A stretch of DNA of 64,000 nucleotides from Narcine bancroftii (Eukaryota). Positions 25,630-37,719 of this stretch are shown piece by piece. The translations under genes and the position numbers were made by a program. Every line of letters starts with the position of its first letter. Within the stretch, counting starts at the first letter, position 1. A model generated the notes under the pieces. The model saw nothing but the letters and a program-made list of their open reading frames with translations. It made no database searches and was not told where the DNA came from. Location of the stretch: NCBI RefSeq assembly GCF_036971445.1, contig NC_091476.1:31372001-31436000 (forward strand), in the 5' to 3' direction.

Positions 25630-26590
25630 AATGACATAGAACAGTACAGAACAAGAACAGGCCCCCTTGGCCCATAATGTATGTGCTGAATATCTAAAAC
25701 ACTTTTAAATGCTACCATAGTATATGCTTCCTCTACAGTCTGTTGCAGGACCTACCACTCTCTGTATATAAAAATAAATTGTCCGAAACATCTCACTTAA
25801 ACTACCTGCTGCCCCCTACACTTCAATGGATGTCCTCCAGTATTTGACATTTTTACCTTGGGGGGGGGGGGGCGAAAAATATCTCTCTACCCTATCTGTG
25901 CCTGTCTAGCAAGTCTCCCATCAGCCTCCAAAGTTCCAAGAGCAACCCATGTTTGTCCAATCTCTCTATATAATACATACCTTCTAATCCAGGCAGCAAT
26001 CTGGTAAATCTCTTCCGCACTTCATCCAAAGCATCTACATCTTTTCTGCAATGGAGTGATCAGAATTGCACACTGTATTCTATGTGCAACCTAAACAAAG
26101 TTTTATAAAGCTGCACTGTGACTTCCTTCATCTTATACTTAACGCCCTACCCATTGAAGGTAAGCATGCCACACACCTTCTTTAGCACCTATCTTCATGG
26201 TCCACCAGATCCCTTGTCAAATCAATGCTCTGAATTGTTCAGCCATTAACTATATACTTTCCCTTCATGTTTGACTCCTTTAAGTGCAGTATCACATACT
26301 TGCCTAGATTAAAGTCCTACTGTGACCATTTCAGGAACTAATCTATATCCTGTTGTATTCTTTGTTAACCCTCTGCACTTTTACAATTTCACTAATCTTT
26401 GTGCCATCTGCAAACTGACTAACCCACCCATTAACATTTTCATTGAAGATATGTATCATAATAAACCGGGATCCCAGCACTTAACAGCACTGTTCACAGA
26501 CCTCGAGCAAAAATGATGTCCTTCTTCCAGTACCCTCTGAAGCCAAGAGTCCAAATGGTTAACAGTGGATCCTATGCATCTTTATTTCCT
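25630..26590 (-). mobile_element. Degenerate CR1 fragment
   Basis: catagaacagtacag tail; aatccaggcagcaatctggtaaatc; gatcagaattgcacactgtattcta (LEYxVQF reversed). Confidence 0.75.
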
Positions 26591-26702
26591 GGATCGTCCC
26601 AGCATATTCTTTGACACTGCAGCTATGTGCTTTATCATTGGGACTGCTGAACATCAAGGCTGGGGCATGGTATCACTGCATTGTACTGCCTTCAACAATA
26701 AG

Positions 26703-27015
26703 TGTCAAGATTCAATTTTTTGTCATGTAATAACAACTGCAATATTACATGAAATTCTTTTTCATCTGCCATAAAGCAGACAGATTTGTCATCAGCAGAA
26801 ATTGCCTTAAGTGCTTCTTATAGTTAGAGAAAGAGAAGCAAAAGAGAGTCCCCTCAGAATCACCAAATGTCTATGGATTCACCTCCAATGCTTCCACTGC
26901 CCCCGCAGCTTCACAGAGTCTAGTTCAAACCATCAGCTGCCTGAGCTCCAGATCCATACCTCTGACACGATCAAGACCCTTAAGTGCCCTCGGCACTCTC
27001 TTGTGTTCCGATCAA
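26703..27015. repeat. Unclassified ~300-bp interspersed repeat (copy 2)
   Basis: Collinear similarity to 17085-17400. Confidence 0.65.
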
Positions 27016-27924
27016 AATAGATGAAGAGTTGTATCAATGTTCAAACCCTGGTGATTTAAATTTTGTTCAGGGTTTTCCAAATGTATTCCCTGCCTGATAT
27101 GGCCTCAACTTTACTGAGAAAAATTTAACCTGCACTTATCAATGGCATCTCATCCTGTCTTTATGAAATCCCCAGTTATAGCTTCAATGTAATATACGAT
27201 CAGTCTTGATACATTGAATCAGCCTCAGCGACATAACAAACTCTGACAGAAGGTATGCTTGAGCATGTAAACTAAACATAGTTGTGTTATTGTGTAAAAT
27301 AAAATGAAGTGAGACAGCGCTGCAAACTGAATTACATTCAAATAAATGCCACCAATACCGCTTGAGGTATTTACATCTTCCTGTCATATGTTATTCCATT
27401 TCAGTTCATTTTCATTCCATTCTCATTCAGGGCCACACAGAACTGCTAGCACTTCTGCAAAGACCCACAGGGGTTCAGCCACTTGCAGGAAAGTCTGGGA
27501 CTTGCCGATGATGGAAATTGACACATCTGTCCGTCTGGTCTGTTGCTGGAGTCTATGCAGAGTTTTCTCAGCATTCCCAGGCAAACTATCTCTGCCCGGC
27601 ATGCCTGCACAGGAGGGAGAAATATTTTGAAATACCAACATCTGCAGATGTTCTCGTTCACCAAGTTTGCTGTCATTGTAGGTTCGATGGGGAGTGGCTC
27701 AATCATGGTTAACAATAAACTACGTAGAGAATATTAGCATTCTATAAAATAGCATGAATCATTTAAAAAAATGTAGAAGACATGTTTAAAAACATGTCAC
27801 CATTGGCATTAGTATTCCAGCCTTGCCTTCTCTCACAAGGCAAGCAGACCATTCCATGGGCAGAAGCTTATTGAAAGACTCCCTTGGTATTGAGGGGTGA
27901 ATAAGTCTACAAACTCAGTGAATG

Positions 27925-28800
27925 AGGTAAAAACACAATGCTGGAGAAACTCAGCATACGTTATCTGGTAAAGATAAAGATACATGACCAACATTTTGGG
28001 CTTGAGCCTTTCATCAAGTATGAGTAAATGTAGGCAAGCACCTGAACAAAATGTTGGTGGTGGGAGGGGGTGAGTTTGAGGAGCAGGGAGAGGAGCCCAA
28101 TCCCACAGCAGGAGGTAATAGGTGGATAAGGGAGGGAGGGCATAACAGCAAATGAAGAGAGAAAGGGGTGAAAAGCTGGATGAAAGGAGACAGAGGGAGA
28201 ATGGGCAGTGGTGTAGCTGATTCCGGAGAAGTTGATGCTAATGCCATCTGATTGGAGAGTGCCCAGATGGAATATCAGGCGGTGCTCCTCCAATTTATGG
28301 GTAACTCTGATGTGGCAGTGCATGAGGCCTGAACAGTCATGGTGGCCTAGGAGTGGAATTGGTTACCATTGGGAGATCTGCCATTGATGCAGATCAAGAA
28401 ATTGCTCAGCAAAGTGATCTCCTAGTCTGTGCCCAGCCTCTTTGATATAGAGAAGGAGCACGAGATGAAGTAGATAGCTCCTGCAGATTAACAAGTGAGG
28501 TGTTGCTTTGCTTGGAAGGACTGGTTTGGGGCCCCAAATAGTGGTGAGAGAGGAGTTGTGGGCATTTTCTACTGTCATAAGGGAAGATGCCAGGGGGAGA
28601 TAAGTGGGAAGGGTTGAGTGGAAGAGAGGGAGTGGTTCCTATGGAAGGCAGTAAGGGGAGGAGAGAGGAGGATAGGTTTAGTGGTGTTCTTGTAGCATCT
28701 AGCGACAGAGGGGGCCAGGGCAGGTGTAAAGAAATGGAGAGATACGCGTAAGGGCTGAATTGATGATGGGAGAGGGGTAGCCATGATCTTTGAAGAAAGA
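27925..28800 (-). mobile_element. Penelope-like element fragment
   Basis: HKLEEHRLIFHLGTLQSDGISINFS, LLYIKEAGHRLGDHFAE (GIY-YIG region); terminal atgctggagaaactcagc. Confidence 0.8.
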
Positions 28801-28804
28801 AGTT

Positions 28805-29120
28805 ATCTTATTCCCTAATAGGAGAGCCGTTACAACACTCTCTTTAGTTGGTACCTCTATATATTGATTTTAAAATCATTCCTGAACATATTTGACAAAC
28901 TCTAAGCCATCCAGCCCCATTACCGTGTGGGAGTTCCAGTCAATATGTGGAAAGTTAAAATTTTCTACTATCATAACCTTATGTGTTCAGCAGCTATCTG
29001 CTATCTCCCTGCAGATTTGCTCCTCCAATTCTTGCTGACTATTGGGTGGTCTATAATACAACCCTATTAATATGGTGATACCTTTCCCATTCCTCACCTC
29101 CACCCATATAGCCTTGGGTA
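28805..29120 (-). mobile_element. CR1 endonuclease-to-RT linker fragment
   Basis: Reverse: LIGLL*RPPNSQ..IVENFNFPHIDWNS..GLEFVKYVQE*FL.QYIEVPT. Confidence 0.65.
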
Positions 29121-31168
29121 GGTCACTCCTGTGAACTGAATGCAGATGTTATGCAAAGTGGTGTTCTCCATTGTGGAGGAGATCACATGAAGCACTGAAT
29201 GCAGTGCCCTGTATTAGATGATGTGCAAGTGAGCCTGAGAATCTTTCTATCTAGGAATGTTATGGCCTTATATCAGTATCAAACTGCTTAAGGCAACTCT
29301 TTCTCTCTGACCATTTCTGGCAATCATCCTTTTGACTGTTTTTGTCTGAAGTATGTCTTGATGGGCGCATCTTAGCATTGATATGATACAAAGAAAGAAG
29401 CAGAATATTCTTCTAATTTTCCCTCTTGGCCTTGACCTATCAGAGAGATTCCAAGTGTTCTTCCCATCACTTCCCACCCTCTCTGCTTAATTTTTTTTAC
29501 TGTTCTGCGAAGCTCAAACATTTTCTGTTCCTCCTGTGTTTCTAGGATTTTCTGCATATCATTTTACAACAAATTGTGTGATTTTATTTTTGCAATTCTT
29601 TATTAGCAACAACTCATTAAATAAACTTAGTGTTAAAATTACCCATGGCACAGTCCCTTTAATAATCTTTCATTGATTTGGGTCAGTAAAGACCCTTGTT
29701 TAATTTAATCCATCTGTGATTTTCAAGCTCCAGTAATAACTGTCTTGCCCATCTGCCCCTTTTAAACACTTCACTTAACAACAGATTTATTTTACCATTA
29801 TTCAATAGTTTGGATTTGCAAAGTCAACCAGATGGAATTTTAAAAAATAATTTGCCTGTTTTTATTATTTCAAGTAAACATTGCTATGTCAAGCTATTGC
29901 AAAAGTACTATCGTGGATTTGAGTAAAGAGTGAGCCTTCTATTTCTGCAGAATACCTGACTTGCTCAGCTGCAGGTGGTTGCACATGGCATGACCATAAA
30001 ATTACAGAGACATTTGTAATCAGTTCCACCCTCCCTACTCGAAAAGATGCGGATGTCTGGCAGATATTTTTACATGAAGGGGAGAAAATGACGATGAAAA
30101 GCAATTATTGGTATTGAAACAGATGGCTTGATATTAATGGATCACCATTGCCGACTGATGCACAGAACACCTGCAATCATTGGTATTCATTGATATAAAT
30201 AACTAAACCTGTCGGAATTTGACATTTTTATTAATCTCACAATTTTGCTGGGTCCACGATTAGATCTGGAGCATGGGGTGTTTTCTTCCATTTTAATTGA
30301 AATGGCATCAGGAAGGAAAAGGGGGTAAAAAGGACAATATTACAAAATAGATGACGGAACAGAAATACTTTAAGCTTTCAAGCATTGAAAATGCACTGCA
30401 CCAGTCTCATCAAAGACAAAGATTTTCCAGGGTGTTTCATGTATCAAGTGCAGTGGAAAACACAAAGCCTTTACTTTATGATTGTTTTGTGTAAAACATT
30501 GTAACGCGCAAGAATTTGTGGCCCAGATCTCTGATAGCTTATAAAATACAAGAAATTAAAACCCAATGGAATTCTACTGTGGAACAGCTAAGAGATAAGT
30601 AAAAAAAAAATAGTTGGTCAAGAATCTCACATATAATTTAACTGCTGAGGTTCTTTTACAAAGGAAACTTACAAATTTTTGAGGATTGCCTCCAGGTATA
30701 AGAAATATACTATAGTTGACTTGAAGGATGACAGGAGGGTTTTCTCTTAGTATGGCAAAGCAGGTAACAAAAATAGTCACTTGCTGTGAATTTAAAAGTC
30801 ACTGTCGCCCTCAAGCCTCTTTTCAACAAAACAGCTGTCACAAGTGAGCACAGCACATTACATATCAGGCAAAAAGTTGCACCAGGAACAGCTAGTTCAA
30901 AATCCCATGTGGCAGTACATATGTTGCGTTGCACCTTTTCTGTGGAACTGTAATGACATATCCCTTTCCGCTTTCCTCTTCACTGCATTTTGTCAGAGCA
31001 TTAATGACCTCTTTACAGTGCAAGACTTGCTTTAAAAATTATCTTCTCGAGGCTTGAACTTAAAGATAGTCTCCAAGAAACAAACACAAGTCAAAAAAAT
31101 ACACCTGCATTGTTGCTTTTTGTTTGTTTTCCATTTAATATATTTATAGAATGAATTAATTGCAGTAT

Positions 31169-32575
31169 CTTTGGCTTGGCTTCGCGGACGAAGATTTATG
31201 GAGGGGGTAAAAAGTCCACGTCAGCTGCAGGCTCATTTGTGGCTGACAAGTCCGATGCGGGACAGGCAGACACGATTGCAGCGGTTGCAGGGGAAAATTG
31301 GTTGGTTGGGGTTGGGTGTTGGGTTTTTCCTCCTTTGTCTTTTGTCAGTGAGGTAGGCTCTGCGGTCTTCTTCAAAGGAGGTTGCTGCCCGCCAAACTGT
31401 GAGGCGCCAAGATGCACGGTTTGAGGCGATATCAGCCCACTGGCGGTGGTCAATGTGGCAGGCACCAAGAGATTTCTTTAGGCAGTCCTTGTACCTTTTC
31501 TTTGGTGCACCTCTGTCATGGTGGCCAGTGGAGAGCTCGCCATATAACACGATCTTGGGAAGGCGATGGTCCTCCATTCTGGAGATGTGACCCATCCAGC
31601 GCAGCTGGATCTTCAGCAGCGTGGACTCGATGCTGTCGACCTCTGCCATCTCGAGTACTTCGACGTTAGGGATGTAAGCGCTCCAATGGATGTTGAGGAT
31701 GGAGCGGAGACAACGCTGGTGGAAGCGTTCTAGGAGCCGTAGGTGGTGCCGGTAGAGGACCCATGATTCGGAGCCGAACAGGAGTGTGGGTATGACAACG
31801 GCTCTGTATACGCTTATCTTTGTGAGGTTTTTCAGTTGGTTGTTTTTCCAGACTCTTTTGTGTAGTCTTCCAAAGGCGCTATTTGCCTTGGAGAGTCTGT
31901 TGTCTATCTCATTGTCGATCCTTGCATCTGATGAAATGGTGCAGCCGAGATAGGTAAACTGGTTGACCGTTTTGAGTTTTGTGTGCCCGATGGAGATGTG
32001 GGGGGGCTGGTAATCATGGTGGGGAGCTGGCTGATGGAGGACCTCAGTTTTCTTCAGGCTGACTTCCAGGCCAAACATTTTGGCAGTTTCCGCAAAGCAG
32101 GACGTCAAGCGCTGAAGAGCTGGCTCTGAATGGGCAACTAAAGCGGCATCGTCTGCAAAGAGTAGTTCACGGACAAGTTTCTCTTGTGTCTTGGTGTGAG
32201 CTTGCAGGCGCCTCAGATTGAAGAGACTGCCATCCGTGCGGTACCGGATGTAAACAGCGTCTTCATTGTTGGGGTCTTTCATGGCTTGGTTCAGCATCAT
32301 GCTGAAGAAGATTGAAAAGAGGGTTGGTGCCAGAACACAGCCTTGCTTCACGCCATTGTTAATGGAGAAGGGTTCAGAGAGCTCATTGCTGTATCTGACC
32401 CGACCTTGTTGGTTTTCGTGCAGTTGGATAATCATGTTGAGGAACTTTGGGGGACATCCGATGCGCTCTAGTATTTGCCAAAGCCCTTTCCTGCTCACGG
32501 TGTCGAAGGCTTTGGTGAGGTCAACAAAGGTGATGTAGAGTCCTTTGTTTTGTTCTCTGCATTTTTCTTGGAGCT
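31169..32575 (-). mobile_element. Young 5'-truncated RTE-clade LINE with uninterrupted RT C-terminal ORF (31233-32498, 421 aa)
   Basis: GVKQGCVLAPTLF, LLFADDAAL, FTYLG, C-terminal CNRC; TSD TAATTGCAGTAT at 31157-31168 and 32583-32594. Confidence 0.95.
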
Positions 32576-33544
32576 CTAAATATAATTGCAGTATATTTAG
32601 AGTTAAAACATTATTTCTGAATCAAAGACCTGAGTTATTTGATGTCACAAGGATCTGATGTGTTTTCTTTCCTCCAGTTAAAAGTTGTTCTCACTACAAT
32701 TGACATTTTTCAAATAACATTGCCTCTGGTTTTAATTAATTTGCAAGAACTGATTTTGCCATTTACATTTCACATTTTGGTATGAAAACAAGCTAAGAAG
32801 TCACTAGGCCTTTTCACATTGCCATCCTGCTAAATTTGCGTGTGAAAGACGATTCTTTAATATTTCCCAATATGCTTCATGTGTGATACTCTTATTTAGT
32901 GACCTGTCACTGCTGCCAACCTTTGACCACTAATTCTTTATTTCAGTGTTTTAAAGCTTGAAATGCCCATTCTAATGGATGTGATCCCAGTTTGAAATGG
33001 CATAATTTATTATCGTCTGGCTGGGTTTATTTCAGTTCAAATAGATTTGGTATGAAAATTTCACCTATTTGTTCTGCAAGCACCTTTGAGTTTGAAGGCA
33101 CTTTATTCATACAATGTTTGAATGTCAGATCAAATTTTGTGCACAAAAGGTGAATGGAAAGCATTGAAATCAAGGGTATAGTTCTTCACTTCCTGAGGCT
33201 AGATTCTACTGTGAAGCTATGATTATTTTTTATGACTAATTATTCATTTCATTTGTAAACAACAATCACTTCAACTGTGACCTGATTTTTAAAGAAGCCT
33301 TCATTAATATTTTGACCATAACAAGCCATTTTCCATGAGTGGATTTTGCAGTAGCTTGAAGATTGTGAATGAATTATATTAATTCTTTAAAAATGCCACC
33401 GATGTTTAATATAATTAAAAAAATAACGGTTTCCAAACTTCTATCAATATAATGAGCACCTTGAGAGAAAGAAATGCTGTTGGTTTAAGAGAAAGAAGCA
33501 GTTAATTTTCAGTCTGACAATTAGACTAGGATTATTAACTCGTG

Positions 33545-33918
33545 CAGAGGTCGGCAACCTTTTTTTTAAAAAAAGCACACCTTTTGTGTTCCCTATGCCA
33601 TAAGTGCTCTATGATTGGTAAGGGATTGCTTGAGGTGGTATGTGAGTGGGAAGGAAAGGTTGAGAATCACTGCTCTAGACCCAACTGTTACTGAAATATT
33701 TTGCTTGAGAAAAATTGTCATTAGCCCACTTCCTTTGGAGTTCTGAGACAATGTTCATAACCTGTCAATTAGATACAATTAAAACAGTAGTTTTTAAACT
33801 TTTTTTCTTTCCATTTATATCCACCTTAAGTAATTCCTTTCTAATCACAGAGTACTTATGACATAGGGAATACTTTAGGTGAAATGTGAGTTTTTGAAAA
33901 AAAAATTGTCCACCCCTG
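33545..33918. mobile_element. hAT (Charlie-like) MITE
   Basis: CAGAGGTCGGCAA..TTGTCCACCCCTG ends; 8-bp TSD aactcgtg/aactagtg (33537-33544, 33919-33926). Confidence 0.8.
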
Positions 33919-34069
33919 AACTAGTGCAATGTAGTGAGAAATTTGGACAAATATTTTTCCATATTTATATGTTGTGAAAATAAATTAAAAAATGCTGCTT
34001 ACTTCAAATTAGGCATCATGAAAGTTCATCCACTGGCAAAACCGGTACAGAGTTATACAGTTATGGAAG

Positions 34070-34230
34070 GAAAAATACAATGCTGGAGAAACTCAGCAGA
34101 TCAAACAGTATATAGCAAAGATAAAGATACATAACCAACATTTTGGGCTTGAGCCCTTCATCAAGGTATGAGAAAAATATAGGCAGGCATCCAAACAAAA
34201 TGGTGCAGGGCAGGGGGAGGAACACAGTTA
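34070..34230 (-). mobile_element. Penelope terminal-repeat fragment
   Basis: aatgctggagaaactcagcag..ttttgggcttgagcccttcatcaagg, as at 27925-28060. Confidence 0.75.
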
Positions 34231-35383
34231 AAGAAGGCAATCAAAGCACATGATGTTGTTCAAATCAGACCTGAGGAAGTTATGGAGTATTACAATGGCA
34301 CTGTTGGAAGTGAATTCCTTCCTGTCTGACAACATAGGTTTCTATTCTAGTTAGAGGAAGACTCCACACTCTGGGTAGGAAAAGAGAATTGCTCAGGTGT
34401 GTCGACTCTCAAACAAGACCAGAAACCAACAAGTATATGAGAATAACAATTTCCTGTAAAGTAAAAACAGCTGATGAAAACATAATAAACTAAACTGAAA
34501 TTTAAAATAAATTGTGTGAAAGTTTGGGCTAACAGTATTAAAATATGTATGAAACAATGGTGTGGTGAAAAGGATGTCAGAATGGATAATTGAGAATAAA
34601 TAAAAATTCAATAAAATAATGTCAGCTTGTGTTTAATGTAACCCTTTCAAATAAAATTATGAGAAATGCCCAGGGCTGAAGAGGGAGTTCTAATTGTGGG
34701 GAAGTGAAATGTGTTTAACATTTTTTATATGAAGGTCATTGTGGGAGATTATAGATAATGGATTTGAGGAAATCCTTGGTGATAATGGTCAAATAATTAA
34801 TCCCAATTATTATTTTTTCAATAATGCTTTCTACATGTTTGGACCTTGGGGCCAAAGAGAAAAGTCAAAGAAGGGAGATCGCAGACTTCAACAGGGATTT
34901 TATCTGAAGGCTGCACCTGGTAGTTTGAGGCAGGTGACTCAGGCAATTAGATTTGAAAATCTCTGATCAGCAGGAAGCTGATTGGGCAATAGAGATCAAG
35001 TGATTTTGTGACACAGGGTGGTATTAATTTACTTCAACTCAGCAGTCTGAGGACTTAATACTTTTTGATTGGAGTTCACATTAGTACATACAGCGGTGAG
35101 TAGGAAATTTACCACTAACTAGTTTTTGTCTTGACAATTCATTTTGCTCTGCAATTCAAATACTCCTGAAGGCTCCACATTGTCATTTAATGCCTTTACA
35201 GAGGAGTGGGGTCTTGGTTGAATATTAATTGTGCATAAAAGCCTGGAATTGATAATTTGGTATCACAATAAGAATTTTATTATGTCTGAGTTAATCAGCA
35301 TCAGATAATTTAAGTGTGTTGGAGGCACATTTAATAGAATTTTTTAAATATCTATGATTTTTCAAATGTTTGTCCCCCTAAAT

Positions 35384-35747
35384 CAGTGGTTTTTCTTTCC
35401 ACTCACATATCGCTTTAAGTATTCCCCATGCCATAGGAGCTCTATAATTAGTAAAGATTACTTAAAGTGGTATGTGAGTGGAAAGAAAGTTTGAATACCA
35501 CAGTTTTAATCGTACCTAATTAACTTGTTATGAGCATTGTTTCATAACTCCAAAGGAAATGGGTCAATGACAATTTTTTTCAAGCAAAAATATTTCTGTA
35601 ATATTTGGGTCTTGAGCAGTTATTCTCAACCTTCCCTTTTTCACTCCTATACCACCTGAAGCAATCCCTTACAAATCACAGCACCTATGTCACAAGGATT
35701 ACTTCATGTGGTATGTGAGTGGAAAGAAAAAAGTTTGAAAACCACTG
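35384..35747. mobile_element. hAT (Charlie-like) MITE, inverted relative of 33545-33918
   Basis: CAGTGGTTTT..AAAACCACTG TIRs; internal sequence is the reverse complement of the 33.5-kb copy. Confidence 0.8.
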
Positions 35748-36279
35748 CTCCAAGTGTTCTAAAATTGAGGTGTGGCATAGCTTTGTAAGTTTCATGGAGA
35801 AATAAGTATTCTGATGAATGACTTTTTAATCTTTTTGTAAAAAAGGCTGAAACAAATTCCCATCAGGGTTTGTCAATATTTTTCTCTCAGCTTTTCTCTA
35901 TTCAAAGAGATGAGCTCAACAGAGGTGGGAGTACAATATTCGAACTTGAAAAAGTCACAATGTAAGGGAGCTTGAAACACTGGAATGTACAAAAGCTTTT
36001 GGGTGAATATACAAAAGCTTTTGGGTAAATGGGGATTTTAAGAAGTACACAGGCAGCTTATGCAGTCTAATGTTGAATATGAGCTATGGGAAATTGGCAA
36101 AGCAACATGGAACAGGAAATTTTCAGCTTATTGCTGATCTCTTGACTAACCTCATGAAAGCTTCTTTAGGATCAAGAAATAATGAGAAAATAAAAATGTG
36201 CAACTTGGCTCTTGTTTTGTGTGGGCCTTGTCAATGTACTTGCACATACAGACACAAACATTTATTTTTAATAGTCTAT

Positions 36280-36690
36280 CAATAAGCCTTTATGACCATA
36301 ATCACTTCTGTCTCATTGATGTTCAACCATGAAAGTGGTACACTGAAATTAATATCTGCTGGACATTGATTCAATAAACAACAAGAGGCATTCACATGCT
36401 TTGCTTGCCCTCCAAGGGCCAACAGAGAGTTGCCAAGTTCTGTTGTCGACATTAAATCAAGAAAAAGAAGCAAAGTCTCTTCAGACGGGTTGAGTAGCCA
36501 TGAATCTCTCAGCCTTCTCCAATGTCACATCCTCATTTTTTGCATCCCACTTGGACCAATGAAAATCAAGGACTGGGTTTTTCAGCTGATAGCCACAACC
36601 CATCATGTATGTGCACACACACTCTAAACAAAAACTAGATCTGAGGTCCCATTTCCTGAGGTTACATTTGCAGACCACCCATTGTTGTCA
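36280..36690 (-). mobile_element. Ancient L2-type LINE RT relic
   Basis: LLFLDL.. and LNQCPADI..LNINETEVIMV resemble L2 LVLLDLSAAFD and LSxCLxDI..LNxxKTEVI. Confidence 0.45.
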
Positions 36691-37719
36691 TTGTCTCTTG
36701 AATTGTTGAACAATCAGTGGCATTCAAGTAGATTTAGATAATTTTCATTTTTTAATCATATTCTTAAGTTAACAAAGTATCGTGGAAATTGGTAACAGGT
36801 AATTTAATTTCCAGGAAAGGAAATCTGCTGGAGGAACCCATGGATCGAGTAGTATGGGTGGATGCAAAGAGATAGATGATCTTTCAGGTTGTGACCACGC
36901 ATCAGGACTCAAATTAACTAAAAAATACCTTACTTTTGAAACTAATTTAAAACATTAAGTTAAACAAATGCACCATTTACCTCTTGGTTCCTTTTTCACA
37001 GACAATTTTAAACACCCATTCAAGCAATGGTTCACTCTACTTGTGCGGCATAATGTTGAGGGGTTAGGTGCAGAGTGCTCCCAGTTCCATAACTTATGAT
37101 CTTGGGTTCATTAATGAACTTCAGATGATCTGTGTTTAAATGCATAGGCATAGATGTCAGAGGCATGCTAACCCATGAAAGGACTTCGCTGGCAGTAATA
37201 ACTAGCCAGGTACAAGTGTGTTTTGATCCAATATTAGTCAATTGAACTATAGTTCAGAAGTGGAGACCAAGAGTAAGATTGTACAAAGAAAAAGTTTGCT
37301 TGCTATCACTAACTGGGAAATGAATTTCTAGCATGTCCCAAATGTTTTTAATTTGACAATAAATCCCCCCAACCCCAAAAGACTAATTTCCACAAATTCA
37401 GTCCACACAAGAGCTTTCTTCTTCATTGAAGCAAAATATTAATAGTTGAATAATGGGTATCTAGATTTGTTACTGTGGTCCTTTGAGAATTGGTACTGAT
37501 AATAATAACAGTTAAACAATGAATATGTTTTTAATTTTCTGCGGCACTTAAGCATATCAATGGTTCTGTTCATTTTGGGATATGATGGAGGGCATGTTAT
37601 TTTTAGTAACCATTAGATTAGAGTATCAAGCAAATCTGCAGATTTCCACTTTGGGAAATATAAACATGAAAAAAATATTCACTATTCAATCAAGAATTCA
37701 ATAATTTTTTTGAAAAAAG

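Noticed and set aside
27430-27520. GHTELLALL ankyrin-like peptide after an AG acceptor
   Set aside because: Stop codon follows with no good donor or partner exons.
31233-32498. 421-aa ORF as a functional gene or autonomous element
   Set aside because: 5'-truncated retrocopy lacking the endonuclease, RT N-terminus and promoter.
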